Shown here piece by piece: positions 9,765-20,599 of a stretch of 56,879 bases of DNA. The stretch is from an uncultured virus (IMG/VR IMGVR_UViG_3300021138_000005). Lineage: Duplodnaviria > Heunggongvirae > Uroviricota > Caudoviricetes. Within the stretch, counting starts at the first letter, position 1; each line of letters begins with the position of its first letter. The notes beneath the pieces are model-generated. The model was not told the DNA's origin and made no database searches. It saw only the letters and a program-made list of their open reading frames with translations. Both the position numbers and the translations under genes were made by a program. The stretch lies in the IMG/VR virus record IMGVR_UViG_3300021138_000005; one strand, given 5' to 3'.

Positions 9765-10853
9765 GTGAAGCCATTTGACATCAGTAAGTTTCGCCGCGAC
9801 ATCGCCAAGACCATTCCCAGTCTCAGCCTTGGTTTCCATGATCCAAAGACTTGGATCCACAGCGGTAATTACGCACTAAACTATGCTATCAGTGGTGACT
9901 TCAAGAACGGTATCCCGTTGGGCAAGGTCACCATGTTCGCTGGACAATCTGGTTCCGGCAAAAGCTATATCTGCTCAGGCAACGTCATACGAAACGCTCA
10001 GCGAGCGGGTGTGTTCCCGATCTTGATCGATACAGAGAACGCACTTGACGAGAACTGGCTCAAGCCACTGGGTGTTGATACAAGCGAAGAAAAGCTGCTC
10101 AAAGTAAACATGGCCATGATCGACGACGTTGCTCGTTTGGTCAGCGACTTCATGAAGGACTACAAGAGCCGCTTTGACAAGGTTGAAACAGCAGAGCGTC
10201 CAAAGATCCTGTTCGTGTTAGATTCGCTGGGCATGTTGCTGACTCCCACTGACGTCAATCAGTTCGAAGCTGGTGAGATGAAAGGTGACATGGGTCGCAA
10301 GCCCAAGGCACTGGCAGCATTGGTGCGCAACTGTGTGAACATGTTTGGCGAGTATGACGTGGGCTTGGTGGTTACCAACCATACCTATGCATCACAGGAC
10401 ATGTTTGATCCAGATGACAAGATCTCCGGCGGTCAGGGTTTCGTGTACGCTTCATCTATCGTGGTAGCCATGCGCAAGCTCAAGCTCAAGGAAGACGAGG
10501 AAGGCAAGAAAGTCACAGACGTGCGAGGTATCCGTGCTGCCTGCAAGATCATGAAGACGCGCTATAACAAGCCCTTTGAAAGCGTGGAGATCAAGATACC
10601 CTGGGACACTGGCATGAATGAGTACAGCGGCCTCATTGAAATGTTTGAAAAGAAGGGTGTGTTGGTCAAGGATGGCAACAAGCTCAAGTACACCGACAAG
10701 ACAGGCAAGGAACATAAGTACTTCCGGTCTGGCGTCAGCGATGAGCTGTTGGATCTGATCATGACTGAATGGGACGAGAGCAAGGTGGTTGTCGCCCAGG
10801 ATGTTGTGGATCCAGACGCTGATGATCAAGATATCGCACCATCGGAGGATTGA
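9765..10853 (+). CDS. uvsX: RecA/UvsX recombinase
   Basis: GQSGSGKS Walker A, IDTENALD, VLDSLG, GDMG, VTNHTY, SGG.GF.YASS. Confidence 0.93.
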   Translation: MKPFDISKFRRDIAKTIPSLSLGFHDPKTWIHSGNYALNYAISGDFKNGIPLGKVTMFAGQSGSGKSYICSGNVIRNAQRAGVFPILIDTENALDENWLKPLGVDTSEEKLLKVNMAMIDDVARLVSDFMKDYKSRFDKVETAERPKILFVLDSLGMLLTPTDVNQFEAGEMKGDMGRKPKALAALVRNCVNMFGEYDVGLVVTNHTYASQDMFDPDDKISGGQGFVYASSIVVAMRKLKLKEDEEGKKVTDVRGIRAACKIMKTRYNKPFESVEIKIPWDTGMNEYSGLIEMFEKKGVLVKDGNKLKYTDKTGKEHKYFRSGVSDELLDLIMTEWDESKVVVAQDVVDPDADDQDIAPSED

Positions 10854-10856
10854 TAT

Positions 10857-11105
10857 ATGAACGTTAGCGCAAGCTTGATGCTGGAAGTCTGGGAAGTGGT
10901 CAGTGAACTGCTCCCCAACAACAAACGCGAAGACATGGCCCGCAAGCTGGTCAACATCTTCGCAGACAAGGGCATGGACCGAGACGATTTCGAAGCCATC
11001 CACGGCGAAGATGAGCACCTTGACAGTGCCATAGAAGCACAGTACACTGGTGAGTCAGCTGGTTATGATGACTATGATGACGAACTATCCTATGAGGATG
11101 AATGA
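10857..11105 (+). CDS. hypothetical acidic protein
   Basis: GGAGG RBS; tightly packed in the recA operon. Confidence 0.65.
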   Translation: MNVSASLMLEVWEVVSELLPNNKREDMARKLVNIFADKGMDRDDFEAIHGEDEHLDSAIEAQYTGESAGYDDYDDELSYEDE

Positions 11106-11305
11106 TGATAATGAAAGTGAAGGCAAATACTGCAAGCAGTCCTGGCGAAACGGAGGATCTGCTTGATAGAGCAAAGACAGCACTAGAATCTAAAGATCAA
11201 GCTACCATCGCTGCATTACAATTAGAGATACAATTAGCCATGCTGCAGTACCTACAACGGATAGATTGGAAACTCTGGGAACTCTACAACAAGTTCGGGA
11301 CTTAA
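11102..11305 (+). CDS. hypothetical protein
   Basis: Overlaps upstream stop, abuts next gene. Confidence 0.55.
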   Translation: MMIMKVKANTASSPGETEDLLDRAKTALESKDQATIAALQLEIQLAMLQYLQRIDWKLWELYNKFGT

Positions 11306-11779
11306 ATGTGGTACAACAAGATAGTCGATGACATGGGGCAACTACCAGATGCCATCGACTGGTTCCAGAAACAGCTGGAGACAGCCTGGGTGGAAGCAAA
11401 GATAGTTGGTGGCATTGAGCGTGCTGCCCAGGAGCTCAGCGGCATCATGGCCTACCGCTTCGGGCAGCTACAGGAAGTAGAAGCCATACTCAAGCATCTT
11501 AATATTCGCTATGACAAGATGCGCAGCGACCATTATCGCAAGTATCTTGAGCGCTATCAGCGCGAGCTCACTGATCGCAGCATTGAAAAGTACATAGATG
11601 GCGAGGATGACGTGGTCACCATGGCCACGCTGATCAACGAAGTTGCGCTGGTGCGCAACAAGTATCTGGCACTGATCAAAGGCCTGGAACAGAAATCATA
11701 TAACATATCTAATATCATCAGATTACGAGTGGTTGGAATGGAAACAGTAACATTAGACCAAGGTATGATTGGGTCCTAA
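11306..11779 (+). CDS. UvsY-like recombination mediator
   Basis: Helical ~157 aa, 'Y..ELT...IEKYIDGEDDV' pattern, located after uvsX. Confidence 0.65.
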   Translation: MWYNKIVDDMGQLPDAIDWFQKQLETAWVEAKIVGGIERAAQELSGIMAYRFGQLQEVEAILKHLNIRYDKMRSDHYRKYLERYQRELTDRSIEKYIDGEDDVVTMATLINEVALVRNKYLALIKGLEQKSYNISNIIRLRVVGMETVTLDQGMIGS

Positions 11780-11880
11780 GTGATTTATTCTGCCTCTTAT
11801 TAAATTTAATTGGGCAATTTTTACATCTTTTTCCGTATTTTTGTCAGTGATTTCAACAGCGTATTTGGTTAAATTAACGC

Positions 11881-11908
11881 TTGACAGACCGTAGCAGTGT
11901 GCTATTGT
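11881..11908 (+). promoter_or_regulatory. sigma70-like early promoter
   Basis: TTGACA-N16-TATTGT with extended TG, preceded by an AT-rich UP-like tract. Confidence 0.6.
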
Positions 11909-11941
11909 ACACATATTAGAGCAACAGCTACGGAGATTCTC

Positions 11942-12964
11942 ATGGAACAGTATGTGCGCATTAGCTCGGGTTGGACCCGCGGTGGGGCTACTATTACAGA
12001 TCGTTCTTTCCTCTTGCTGGACAATCTCAAGCGTGACAAGGACGGCATGTACATCACCGTGGACAGTGACGGTGGTGCAGATCTCCGCGCTGGACGCAAC
12101 CGCGTTTACATGGAAGGCATCCACTGCTTCGCACCCACAACCAAGGATGCTGGCATACCCAGCATGATTCCTGTGCAGAGCAAGACTGATGAAGAGATCG
12201 CGCATGACCAGCGCGAGACGTTTGAGATCCTGGGCGAGATGACCCGCGCAGTTGCCAGCAACACGGTCAAGGGCTTGGTCGTGAGTGGTCCGGCTGGTAT
12301 TGGCAAGAGCCACACTGTGGAGACCACGCTGCACGACACGTTGGACATGCTGGGCAAGCTCACTGGACAGGGCAGCATGTATGAAGTGATCAGCGGTGGC
12401 ATCAGTGCTGCTGTGCTCTACGAAAAGCTCTGGGAATACCGCGAAGACAGCCAGGTGCTGGTGTTTGACGACTGCGACGGTGTGCTCTACGACGAAGACA
12501 GCTTGAACGTGCTTAAGGCAGCACTGGACAGCAAGAAGACGCGCCGCATCAGCTGGAACACACGCAGCCTGCATCTGGAGCGCAAGGACATCCCCAACAG
12601 CTTTGAGTACAAGGGCGGTGTGATCTTCATCACCAACGTGAAGTTTGACCAGGTCAAGAGCGCACGCATTGGCAACCACCTGGAGGCTATCATGAGCCGC
12701 TGCCATTACATGGACATCGGCATTGACACTGCTCGTGAGAAACTGCTGCACATCCGCAATGTGGTCGAACGCAGCAACATGCTGGGCAGCTATGGCTTCG
12801 ACGCAGATACCAAGGCTGAGGTCATGGGCTATATCAATGACCACAGCAAGCAGTTGCGCGAGCTTAGCCTGCGCATGGTGCTGAAGATAGCTGACTTGCG
12901 CAAGGCAATGCCTGGCAATTGGAAACGTTTCGTTGAAAAAAACTGCCATCGCAAGACAGCGTGA
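11942..12964 (+). CDS. AAA+ family ATPase
   Basis: GPAGIGKS Walker A, LVFDDCD Walker B, FITN sensor, SRC arginine finger; start moved to ATG 11942 after GGAG RBS. Confidence 0.8.
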   Translation: MEQYVRISSGWTRGGATITDRSFLLLDNLKRDKDGMYITVDSDGGADLRAGRNRVYMEGIHCFAPTTKDAGIPSMIPVQSKTDEEIAHDQRETFEILGEMTRAVASNTVKGLVVSGPAGIGKSHTVETTLHDTLDMLGKLTGQGSMYEVISGGISAAVLYEKLWEYREDSQVLVFDDCDGVLYDEDSLNVLKAALDSKKTRRISWNTRSLHLERKDIPNSFEYKGGVIFITNVKFDQVKSARIGNHLEAIMSRCHYMDIGIDTAREKLLHIRNVVERSNMLGSYGFDADTKAEVMGYINDHSKQLRELSLRMVLKIADLRKAMPGNWKRFVEKNCHRKTA

Positions 12965-12977
12965 TTAAATATCTCCA

Positions 12978-14138
12978 ATGGAAACAATAGTAGACTCGGA
13001 TAGCTATTGCGCAGCCCCATTTAAGCATATGGTAGCTGAATCGAACGGTAGGATAGCGCCCTGCTGTCTTTGGATTGATCAACCTAGCGATGCTGACCGA
13101 CCAAACGCCCTGTCAGTAGATCCTTTCAATAGCAAATGGATGGACAGCATAAGGTCATCTATGCTGAACAATGGAAGGCTAGCTGGATGTAACGAATGTT
13201 ACTTGCGAGAAGCATCTGGAGTGAGCAGTTATCGCAATGCGTTTAATATTGAGTTTGGTCGACCAAAAGCACCCGAATTAGAATACCTCGAATTCAATCT
13301 AGGTAATCTATGCAATCTAAAATGCCGCATGTGCGGATCGTGGAGCAGCAGCAAGTGGGCAGCAGATGAGATTGCCTTGGGTCTCAGACCAGATGATTTA
13401 GTGCGGCCAAAGATAGAAATGCTAGCGCCCTATCTAGCTACATTAAAAAAGATCAGATTCATAGGTGGTGAACCCAGCTTGGAACAGGATGCTATTTTTG
13501 AGATATTAAATCAAATACATGCTGCGACTGGTACAGTATCTCATCTGCACGTGATCCTTACAACTAATGTCATGGTATTGTTTGAACCCAGGGTTATTGA
13601 GCAGCTTAGCAGATGCCTGAGAGTCGAACTGCAGTGTAGCGTTGATGGCTACAAACAGGTCAATGATTATCAGCGCACTGGGTCGGACTGGAAACAGGTA
13701 TCAGAAAATCTCAGCTGGTACCAAGAACATTCACCAGATGTGTTTGATCCTATGATATTAACATCTTGGTCGTTATTAAATGCCGGTTCTGCGATAGATC
13801 TGCTAACCTTTGTCAAAGATACATTACCTAGATTCTATGTGTGGGGGCATTTGGTGCGGGAACCAGCATATCTCGACATTTGCAACCTACCACAAGATTT
13901 GAAATTCAAGTTAAGATCTAAACTTGATCAATGGAGTTTGTATGACGATACGCATTGGATACGTCATAACAAACAGGTAATAATTTCTCAACTTGTGTTA
14001 GAATCTAAAATATCGCCAACTGATGTTATGGCAAAGATTGCGGTATTAGACAGATTGCGAAATGAGGATTTTGCCAGCATCTTTCCAGAAACACACGCAG
14101 CATTATTAGCAGCTTGCGAAAACACCAATCAGGCATAA
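12978..14138 (+). CDS. radical SAM protein with N-terminal twitch/SPASM-like Cys cluster (paralog of 473..1621)
   Basis: CNLKCRMC, SSKWAADEIA identical to the first paralog, GGEP, SVDG. Confidence 0.85.
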   Translation: METIVDSDSYCAAPFKHMVAESNGRIAPCCLWIDQPSDADRPNALSVDPFNSKWMDSIRSSMLNNGRLAGCNECYLREASGVSSYRNAFNIEFGRPKAPELEYLEFNLGNLCNLKCRMCGSWSSSKWAADEIALGLRPDDLVRPKIEMLAPYLATLKKIRFIGGEPSLEQDAIFEILNQIHAATGTVSHLHVILTTNVMVLFEPRVIEQLSRCLRVELQCSVDGYKQVNDYQRTGSDWKQVSENLSWYQEHSPDVFDPMILTSWSLLNAGSAIDLLTFVKDTLPRFYVWGHLVREPAYLDICNLPQDLKFKLRSKLDQWSLYDDTHWIRHNKQVIISQLVLESKISPTDVMAKIAVLDRLRNEDFASIFPETHAALLAACENTNQA

Positions 14139-14144
14139 ACTAAT

Positions 14145-14495
14145 GCTGAGCTGTGTGCCATCAGAAAGGTTACCGCTGATGGGAATCTGCCTAGGATCAA
14201 CACCCAGGGTCCGCATAGCTAGCGAACCGGGAGCGCGGGCCTTGAGCCCAGTCGTCCAGCGCATCTATCGGGGCTGCTTGGTGACGAGGAAAAGTGGCTG
14301 ACTGTTTTTCCATGCTGGAGCAGCACAGCAGCCTAGGTCTCCGGACCTGACGGCGCTACTATACGGCATGGTCGTGAAGCTGGGTGCGTAGTTCTTGATA
14401 AGAGCCAGTTGCGGTGCAGGTGGTATTGGGCAGCAGTGAACGGACCTACGATAACGGTCGCCGGAGGAGTGGACGCTCGCGTAACCGGCTCTTGC
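14145..14495 (+). ncRNA. putative structured non-coding RNA, family unassigned
   Basis: ~350-nt GC-rich gap without a credible ORF, with several complementary segments (see findings); strand uncertain. Confidence 0.5.
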
Positions 14496-14520
14496 TCTTG
14501 ACACAATCTCCGACTATATT
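14492..14520 (+). promoter_or_regulatory. groES promoter
   Basis: TTGCTC-N17-TATATT directly upstream of CIRCE; a TTGACA also lies at 14498. Confidence 0.55.
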
Positions 14521-14528
14521 ATGAGGTG

Positions 14529-14555
14529 TTAGCACTGCCACACATGGAGTGCTAA
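14529..14555 (+). promoter_or_regulatory. CIRCE element (HrcA operator)
   Basis: TTAGCACTG-N9-GAGTGCTAA versus consensus TTAGCACTC-N9-GAGTGCTAA, immediately upstream of groES. Confidence 0.9.
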
Positions 14556-14581
14556 CTTTCCATTTAACATAGGAGACAACG

Positions 14582-14872
14582 ATGGAACTGAGACCGCTTA
14601 ATAATCGGGTCATAGTAAAGCGCGTGGACAGCGAGACTGTCACGAAGGGCGGCATCGTCATCCCGGACACAGCAGCAGAGAAGCCAGACCAAGGCACTGT
14701 TCTCGCTGTTGGCAAGGGAACCAAGGATGATAGCGGCAACTATATCCCGCTGGATGTTAGCGTGAATGATCGCGTGTTGTTTGGCAAGTATGCAGGCACA
14801 CAGATCAAGATTGACGGGCAAGACCTACTTGTCCTCAAAGAAGAAGAACTTTTTGCCGTTATTGAAAACTGA
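14582..14872 (+). CDS. groES: co-chaperonin GroES
   Basis: [36 protein letters not shown]. Confidence 0.97.
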   Translation: MELRPLNNRVIVKRVDSETVTKGGIVIPDTAAEKPDQGTVLAVGKGTKDDSGNYIPLDVSVNDRVLFGKYAGTQIKIDGQDLLVLKEEELFAVIEN

Positions 14873-14879
14873 GGAGTAG

Positions 14880-16514
<1,635 letters not shown>

Positions 16515-16540
16515 TTGGATTCACATTGCCGTAAATATGT

Positions 16541-16564
16541 AGAGGAGGGAGCAATCCCTCCTCT
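16541..16564 (+). terminator. hairpin terminator after groEL
   Basis: agaggaggga-gcaa-tccctcctct. Confidence 0.6.
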
Positions 16565-16602
16565 CTGCTTGTGTGATGGCCCAATATGAGGTATACTGAT
16601 AC

Positions 16603-18069
16603 ATGATCAAACACGCCGTAATCCGCATCGAAGACGAAGTTAATATAGCTATGACAGGTCTTGATCTAGGTGCTCGCAAGGCCTGCGTGAACGCTGTGAA
16701 ATACTTCATCCCAGGCGCACGTTATAGTGCTGCATATCGTCTGGGCAGATGGGACGGAACCAAGAGCTTTGCCACTCTGGGAGGTAGGACCTATCTCAAT
16801 CTCTTAGATCGCATGCTACCTATCTTACAGGAGCATGGCTACGATTTTGAGATAGAAGACAACCGGCTGCGCTATGAGCTGAGCTTGAACACAGTTACCG
16901 ATCAAGCACATGCCCACAAGGTGTGGCCCAAGGGACACGAGCGTGCCGGACAGCAGATATTGCTGCGTGACTACCAGGTGGATGTAATCAACACATTCGT
17001 AGAAAATCTACAAGCAGTTCAACAGGTTGCTACAGGCGCAGGGAAGACTCTGATCACAGCTACATTAAGTGGATTAATAGAACCCTATGGCCGCAGCATA
17101 GTGATCGTGCCCAACAAGAGCTTGGTTGAGCAGACTGCGATTGACTACAGAAATCTGGGGTTGGACGTGGGTGTGCTCTACGGTGATCGCAAGGAATATG
17201 ATCGCACACACACCATCTGCACTTGGCAGAGCCTGAACGTGCTGGACAAGAAGAGCAAGGATGCGCTGGATGACCATCAGCATGAGATATTCATGCGTGA
17301 CCTCATGGGCATCATCGTGGACGAGGCACACATGGCCAAGGCAGACGTGCTGACCAAGCTGCTGACCAACAACTTCCGCCACATACCCATACGCTGGGGA
17401 TTGACTGGTACGATCCCAGAGGAAGAAGAGAGTCAGATCAGCCTGCTAGCGGCCATTGGCCCCAACGTAGGCGATCTGTTTGCGCATGAGCTACAGGATC
17501 GTGGCGTGTTGGCCAAGTGCCATGTGAACGTGCTGCAGACTCGCGAGACAGTGAAGTACACCAACTACCAGGAAGAGCTCAAGTTCCTCACCACTGACAC
17601 AGATAGAATCAAGTGGATGGCCAAGATGATTGGTGCTATCAAGGACAGCGGCAACACGCTGGTGTTGGTTGATCGCATTGAAACTGGCAAGATGTTGGAA
17701 GAATACATCCGAGGCAGCACATTCATCAGCGGCGCAGTCAAGACCAAGGACCGCAAGGAAGAGTATGACAACATTGCCATCAGCGATGATCAGGTGTTGA
17801 TAGCCACCTATGGCGTGGCAGCGGTGGGCATCAATGTGCCTCGCTTGTTCAATCTGGTCATGCTAGAGCCAGGCAAGAGCTTTGTGCGAGTGATCCAGAG
17901 CATTGGTCGTGGACTGCGCAAGGCTGAAGACAAGGATTTTGTTCAGATCTGGGATCTAACCAGCACCTGTAAGTTCAGTGCCAAGCACTTGGCCAAGAGG
18001 AAAACTTTCTATACCCAAGCTCGCTATGACTTTACCATTGAAAAAGTAGACAGAACTGCCCTAGAATAA
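16603..18069 (+). CDS. uvsW: UvsW-like superfamily 2 DNA helicase
   Basis: WDG motif, LRDYQ, ATGAGKT, DEAH, GLTGT, QSIGRGLR. Confidence 0.9.
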   Translation: MIKHAVIRIEDEVNIAMTGLDLGARKACVNAVKYFIPGARYSAAYRLGRWDGTKSFATLGGRTYLNLLDRMLPILQEHGYDFEIEDNRLRYELSLNTVTDQAHAHKVWPKGHERAGQQILLRDYQVDVINTFVENLQAVQQVATGAGKTLITATLSGLIEPYGRSIVIVPNKSLVEQTAIDYRNLGLDVGVLYGDRKEYDRTHTICTWQSLNVLDKKSKDALDDHQHEIFMRDLMGIIVDEAHMAKADVLTKLLTNNFRHIPIRWGLTGTIPEEEESQISLLAAIGPNVGDLFAHELQDRGVLAKCHVNVLQTRETVKYTNYQEELKFLTTDTDRIKWMAKMIGAIKDSGNTLVLVDRIETGKMLEEYIRGSTFISGAVKTKDRKEEYDNIAISDDQVLIATYGVAAVGINVPRLFNLVMLEPGKSFVRVIQSIGRGLRKAEDKDFVQIWDLTSTCKFSAKHLAKRKTFYTQARYDFTIEKVDRTALE

Positions 18070-18108
18070 TCCTACATTTCAGTCAATCTATCACTAAGTA
18101 CTGGTGAT

Positions 18109-18609
18109 ATGAAGATACTGACCAACGACAATGTGAGTTTCTCGCTTAATCAAATACCAGATGATGCCGGTGATGTGCGTTTCGGTGTGTTGGATTATAG
18201 CGACCAAAGCAATGTAGATTATTATTTCGTACCACTGATATTCCTCGAGAGCTTCAATAGTCCATGTGTTGATTTGAGAATAGGGGACTTTAGCCTGCAG
18301 ATGCCTTTGGATTGGAGCGTGATCATAGGTGACAAGGACAGCGGCGAGATGGAGATCATGCCTCTGATCTATCTCAATGACAAAGACTTTGATGTGTTCT
18401 GCTACAATCCAATCAACGGATACATGCCCAACTTCCTCAAGCTAGAGATCATCAACATCTGGCCAGACGTCAAGTGGTACTTCCCCAAGCTGAAAAACGG
18501 GCACATGCTGGCAGTGCCTCTGAGCGACAAGCAGGGACCCTACTGCGCATACTTCCTCAAAGACATAGGCAAGATCCCCGAGAGCTTGGACATACGCAAG
18601 CTCATATAG
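18109..18609 (+). CDS. hypothetical protein
   Basis: 166-aa ORF with genome-typical codon usage, TAAGTA upstream. Confidence 0.7.
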   Translation: MKILTNDNVSFSLNQIPDDAGDVRFGVLDYSDQSNVDYYFVPLIFLESFNSPCVDLRIGDFSLQMPLDWSVIIGDKDSGEMEIMPLIYLNDKDFDVFCYNPINGYMPNFLKLEIINIWPDVKWYFPKLKNGHMLAVPLSDKQGPYCAYFLKDIGKIPESLDIRKLI

Positions 18610-18643
18610 CAATAAATACTCGGCGACCATACGGGAGAAACAC

Positions 18644-18913
18644 ATGTCCAGCAGCGTAACAATTTACACCAAGCCAAATGATCCGTGGTCAAAGAAGGCC
18701 ACAGCATTGCTAGCTAGCAAGAATATAGCATACAGCGAAAACATCGTCACAGATAACAGTTCGCATGCTAACAGATTAGCTTCTCATCAGTCAGTGGTGA
18801 CCAAAGAACAAGCTGACACAGCAGCACCCGGTTGGAAGGCCAAGCCTGTGACCATCATAGATGGCGAGACTGTGGTTGGGTTAAAGGCTCTTAGAGCTAA
18901 ACTAGGCGACTGA
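18644..18913 (+). CDS. glutaredoxin-like protein lacking the CxxC active site
   Basis: IYTKPNDPWSKKA aligns with IYTKDNCPYCTRA of 53271..53531; P..IIDG..V.G tail. Confidence 0.65.
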   Translation: MSSSVTIYTKPNDPWSKKATALLASKNIAYSENIVTDNSSHANRLASHQSVVTKEQADTAAPGWKAKPVTIIDGETVVGLKALRAKLGD

Positions 18914-18914
18914 A

Positions 18915-19310
18915 TTATCTACTGTTAATATAGGCCCAAGTCACGTCATACAGTGGGTTTGGCTGTATAGTCCAGCTGTATTCCTGACCACCAAACACAG
19001 TTACAGTGTTTTCCTTGATGACCTGGGCATACACATTGCTGCCACCATTGGGAGAAACTATGATGTTGGCCTGTCCAGGAGCAGTGACAGCACCATTTAC
19101 TAGAGTGCACAACCCGCTTGTTACTGCAGCATTGCTGATGCTGCGAAAATAGTATTCACTTGTAGCTTCTTGCTTGTTGATATATGCTAAACCTGCTGCA
19201 TTCTGTGATGGAAACCAAGCTGTTGCTAGTATACCTGGACCTGGTTGCGGGGGAAGATTTGGACCTGCGATATATTCGCGCATGTATTTCTTATTAAGTG
19301 GACGACCCAT
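18915..19310 (-). CDS. 'MGRP' family probable virion protein
   Basis: MGRPLNKKY start; shares YI.KQ, C.LVNG, PGQANI, Y.W with neighbouring paralogs. Confidence 0.7.
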   Translation of the reverse strand: MGRPLNKKYMREYIAGPNLPPQPGPGILATAWFPSQNAAGLAYINKQEATSEYYFRSISNAAVTSGLCTLVNGAVTAPGQANIIVSPNGGSNVYAQVIKENTVTVFGGQEYSWTIQPNPLYDVTWAYINSR

Positions 19311-19354
19311 GGTCTAGCTCCTCGATCTATGCTGTGAATATTTAGTCAAACGAA

Positions 19355-19384
19355 ACCCCCGGATTGCTAAGGTTCTCCGGGGGT
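19355..19384 (-). terminator. hairpin terminator downstream of 19422..20534
   Basis: acccccgga...tccgggggt inverted repeat, followed by TTT on the minus strand. Confidence 0.55.
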
Positions 19385-19421
19385 GTCGCCTGAGTCTGCC
19401 AGCTCTTACAGCAGGCAAGCG

Positions 19422-20534
19422 TTATTGGGTGTTCAAGTTAGCCCATGTTGGACCAGGTAGCTGATAACCATTTGGCAACCAGCTCCATGTCTGACCAATG
19501 AAGTTCTTGACTGTGTTGTCGTAGACTTCAGCAGCCAGCGTAGGAGTTGAGATCGGTCCTATGGTAACAGTTGGACGTGCTACATATCCGCTGCCGCCAC
19601 TGGTCACGGTCACGCTGGTCACAGAACCTGCTGCGTTAACCACGCCCACGGCTGTGGCATTACCAGTGCTGAATGTAACGCCAGCTTCGTTGCCAGGTTG
19701 GAAGCCGCTGCCACCGTTGGTTACCTGTACGCTGCTGACTTGGTAAGTCACGTTGATAGTTGCGCCTGTACCACCGCCGCCGCTCAAGCTGACCGGATTG
19801 GCAGGCAGTGTGGTGTAGTCCCCTATGTTGGCCACGCTGAATGCGTTGATGCCCCAGGCGAAATTAAACGTAGCACCGTTGGCATCCACGTTGGCTGCCA
19901 CGTTTGAAGTTGATGCCACTGGATCTACGGGCAAGGCAGCACTGGTGTAAACTCCGCGGTTGGTGATGTTCACGCCTGTGATACCACCCGTGCCATTGGC
20001 TGAGCTAACTGTCAAAACCACAGGAGTGCTGTAGCCTGCGCCACTGAATGTGAGCGTGTCGCCCACGCTATAACGTGTGCCTGCTGCTGCTATGGTGTCA
20101 GCTGTGACCTTGACGCTGGTTACCGTGACATTGGCCTGTTGGTTGCCAGTGTATGTGCCTCCTGTCAAGCTGAGCACGTTGCCCACGCCGTAGTCCTGTG
20201 TGACAGAACCCGTGTTGGCCACTATGACAGTGCCAGCGTACACACCTAGGTTAGCATTGGCAGCAACTGCGCCGCCGCCTTCGCCGCCATATGGATAAAC
20301 TGCGATGTTGGCCTGTCCTGGACCAGTGATTGGTCCGTTGACCAAGTAGCACTGACCTGGTGTGGATGGACCCTGTCCGTTTGTGCTAAGCCACTGATAG
20401 CTGCTGCTGGTCAGCTGCTTGACGATCCAGCTTGGACGAGCGACTGTGTCGCCCTGTATCCATGCGTTACCAATGATCTGCTGACCAGTGGTGCTGATGT
20501 TACCAAAATATTTCTTCTTTACGGGGCGTCCCAT
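19422..20534 (-). CDS. 'MGRP' family virion protein with inserted Gly/Thr-rich (GSGY..P.VT) repeat modules
   Basis: MGRPVKKKYFG start, AGGAG RBS, internal repeats like those of 39352..41868. Confidence 0.75.
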   Translation of the reverse strand: MGRPVKKKYFGNISTTGQQIIGNAWIQGDTVARPSWIVKQLTSSSYQWLSTNGQGPSTPGQCYLVNGPITGPGQANIAVYPYGGEGGGAVAANANLGVYAGTVIVANTGSVTQDYGVGNVLSLTGGTYTGNQQANVTVTSVKVTADTIAAAGTRYSVGDTLTFSGAGYSTPVVLTVSSANGTGGITGVNITNRGVYTSAALPVDPVASTSNVAANVDANGATFNFAWGINAFSVANIGDYTTLPANPVSLSGGGGTGATINVTYQVSSVQVTNGGSGFQPGNEAGVTFSTGNATAVGVVNAAGSVTSVTVTSGGSGYVARPTVTIGPISTPTLAAEVYDNTVKNFIGQTWSWLPNGYQLPGPTWANLNTQ

Positions 20535-20599
20535 TGTCTACTCCTTGGCGTTCTAAGCCTACGGGGCACCGTTGCCCCATAATTGTTTCGTGATATTTA

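Noticed and set aside
11753..12949. 398-aa minus-strand ORF and similar long antisense ORFs (e.g. 10452..11018, 48063..48716, 38119..38688)
   Set aside because: They shadow well-supported plus-strand genes and are explained by codon bias
14145..14495. RNase P, SRP, 6S, tRNA or cobalamin riboswitch identity for the structured gap
   Set aside because: Only fragments resemble them (GAGGAAAAGT, AACCGGCT, CAGG..AGCA, CCTTGAGCC). The canonical RNase P P4 pairing, SRP GNRA helix, 7-nt anticodon loop with T-arm, and B12 box are absent.
14265..14504. 79-aa minus-strand ORF in the structured gap
   Set aside because: No RBS or recognisable motif, non-ATG start, and it overlaps the groES promoter; likely spurious
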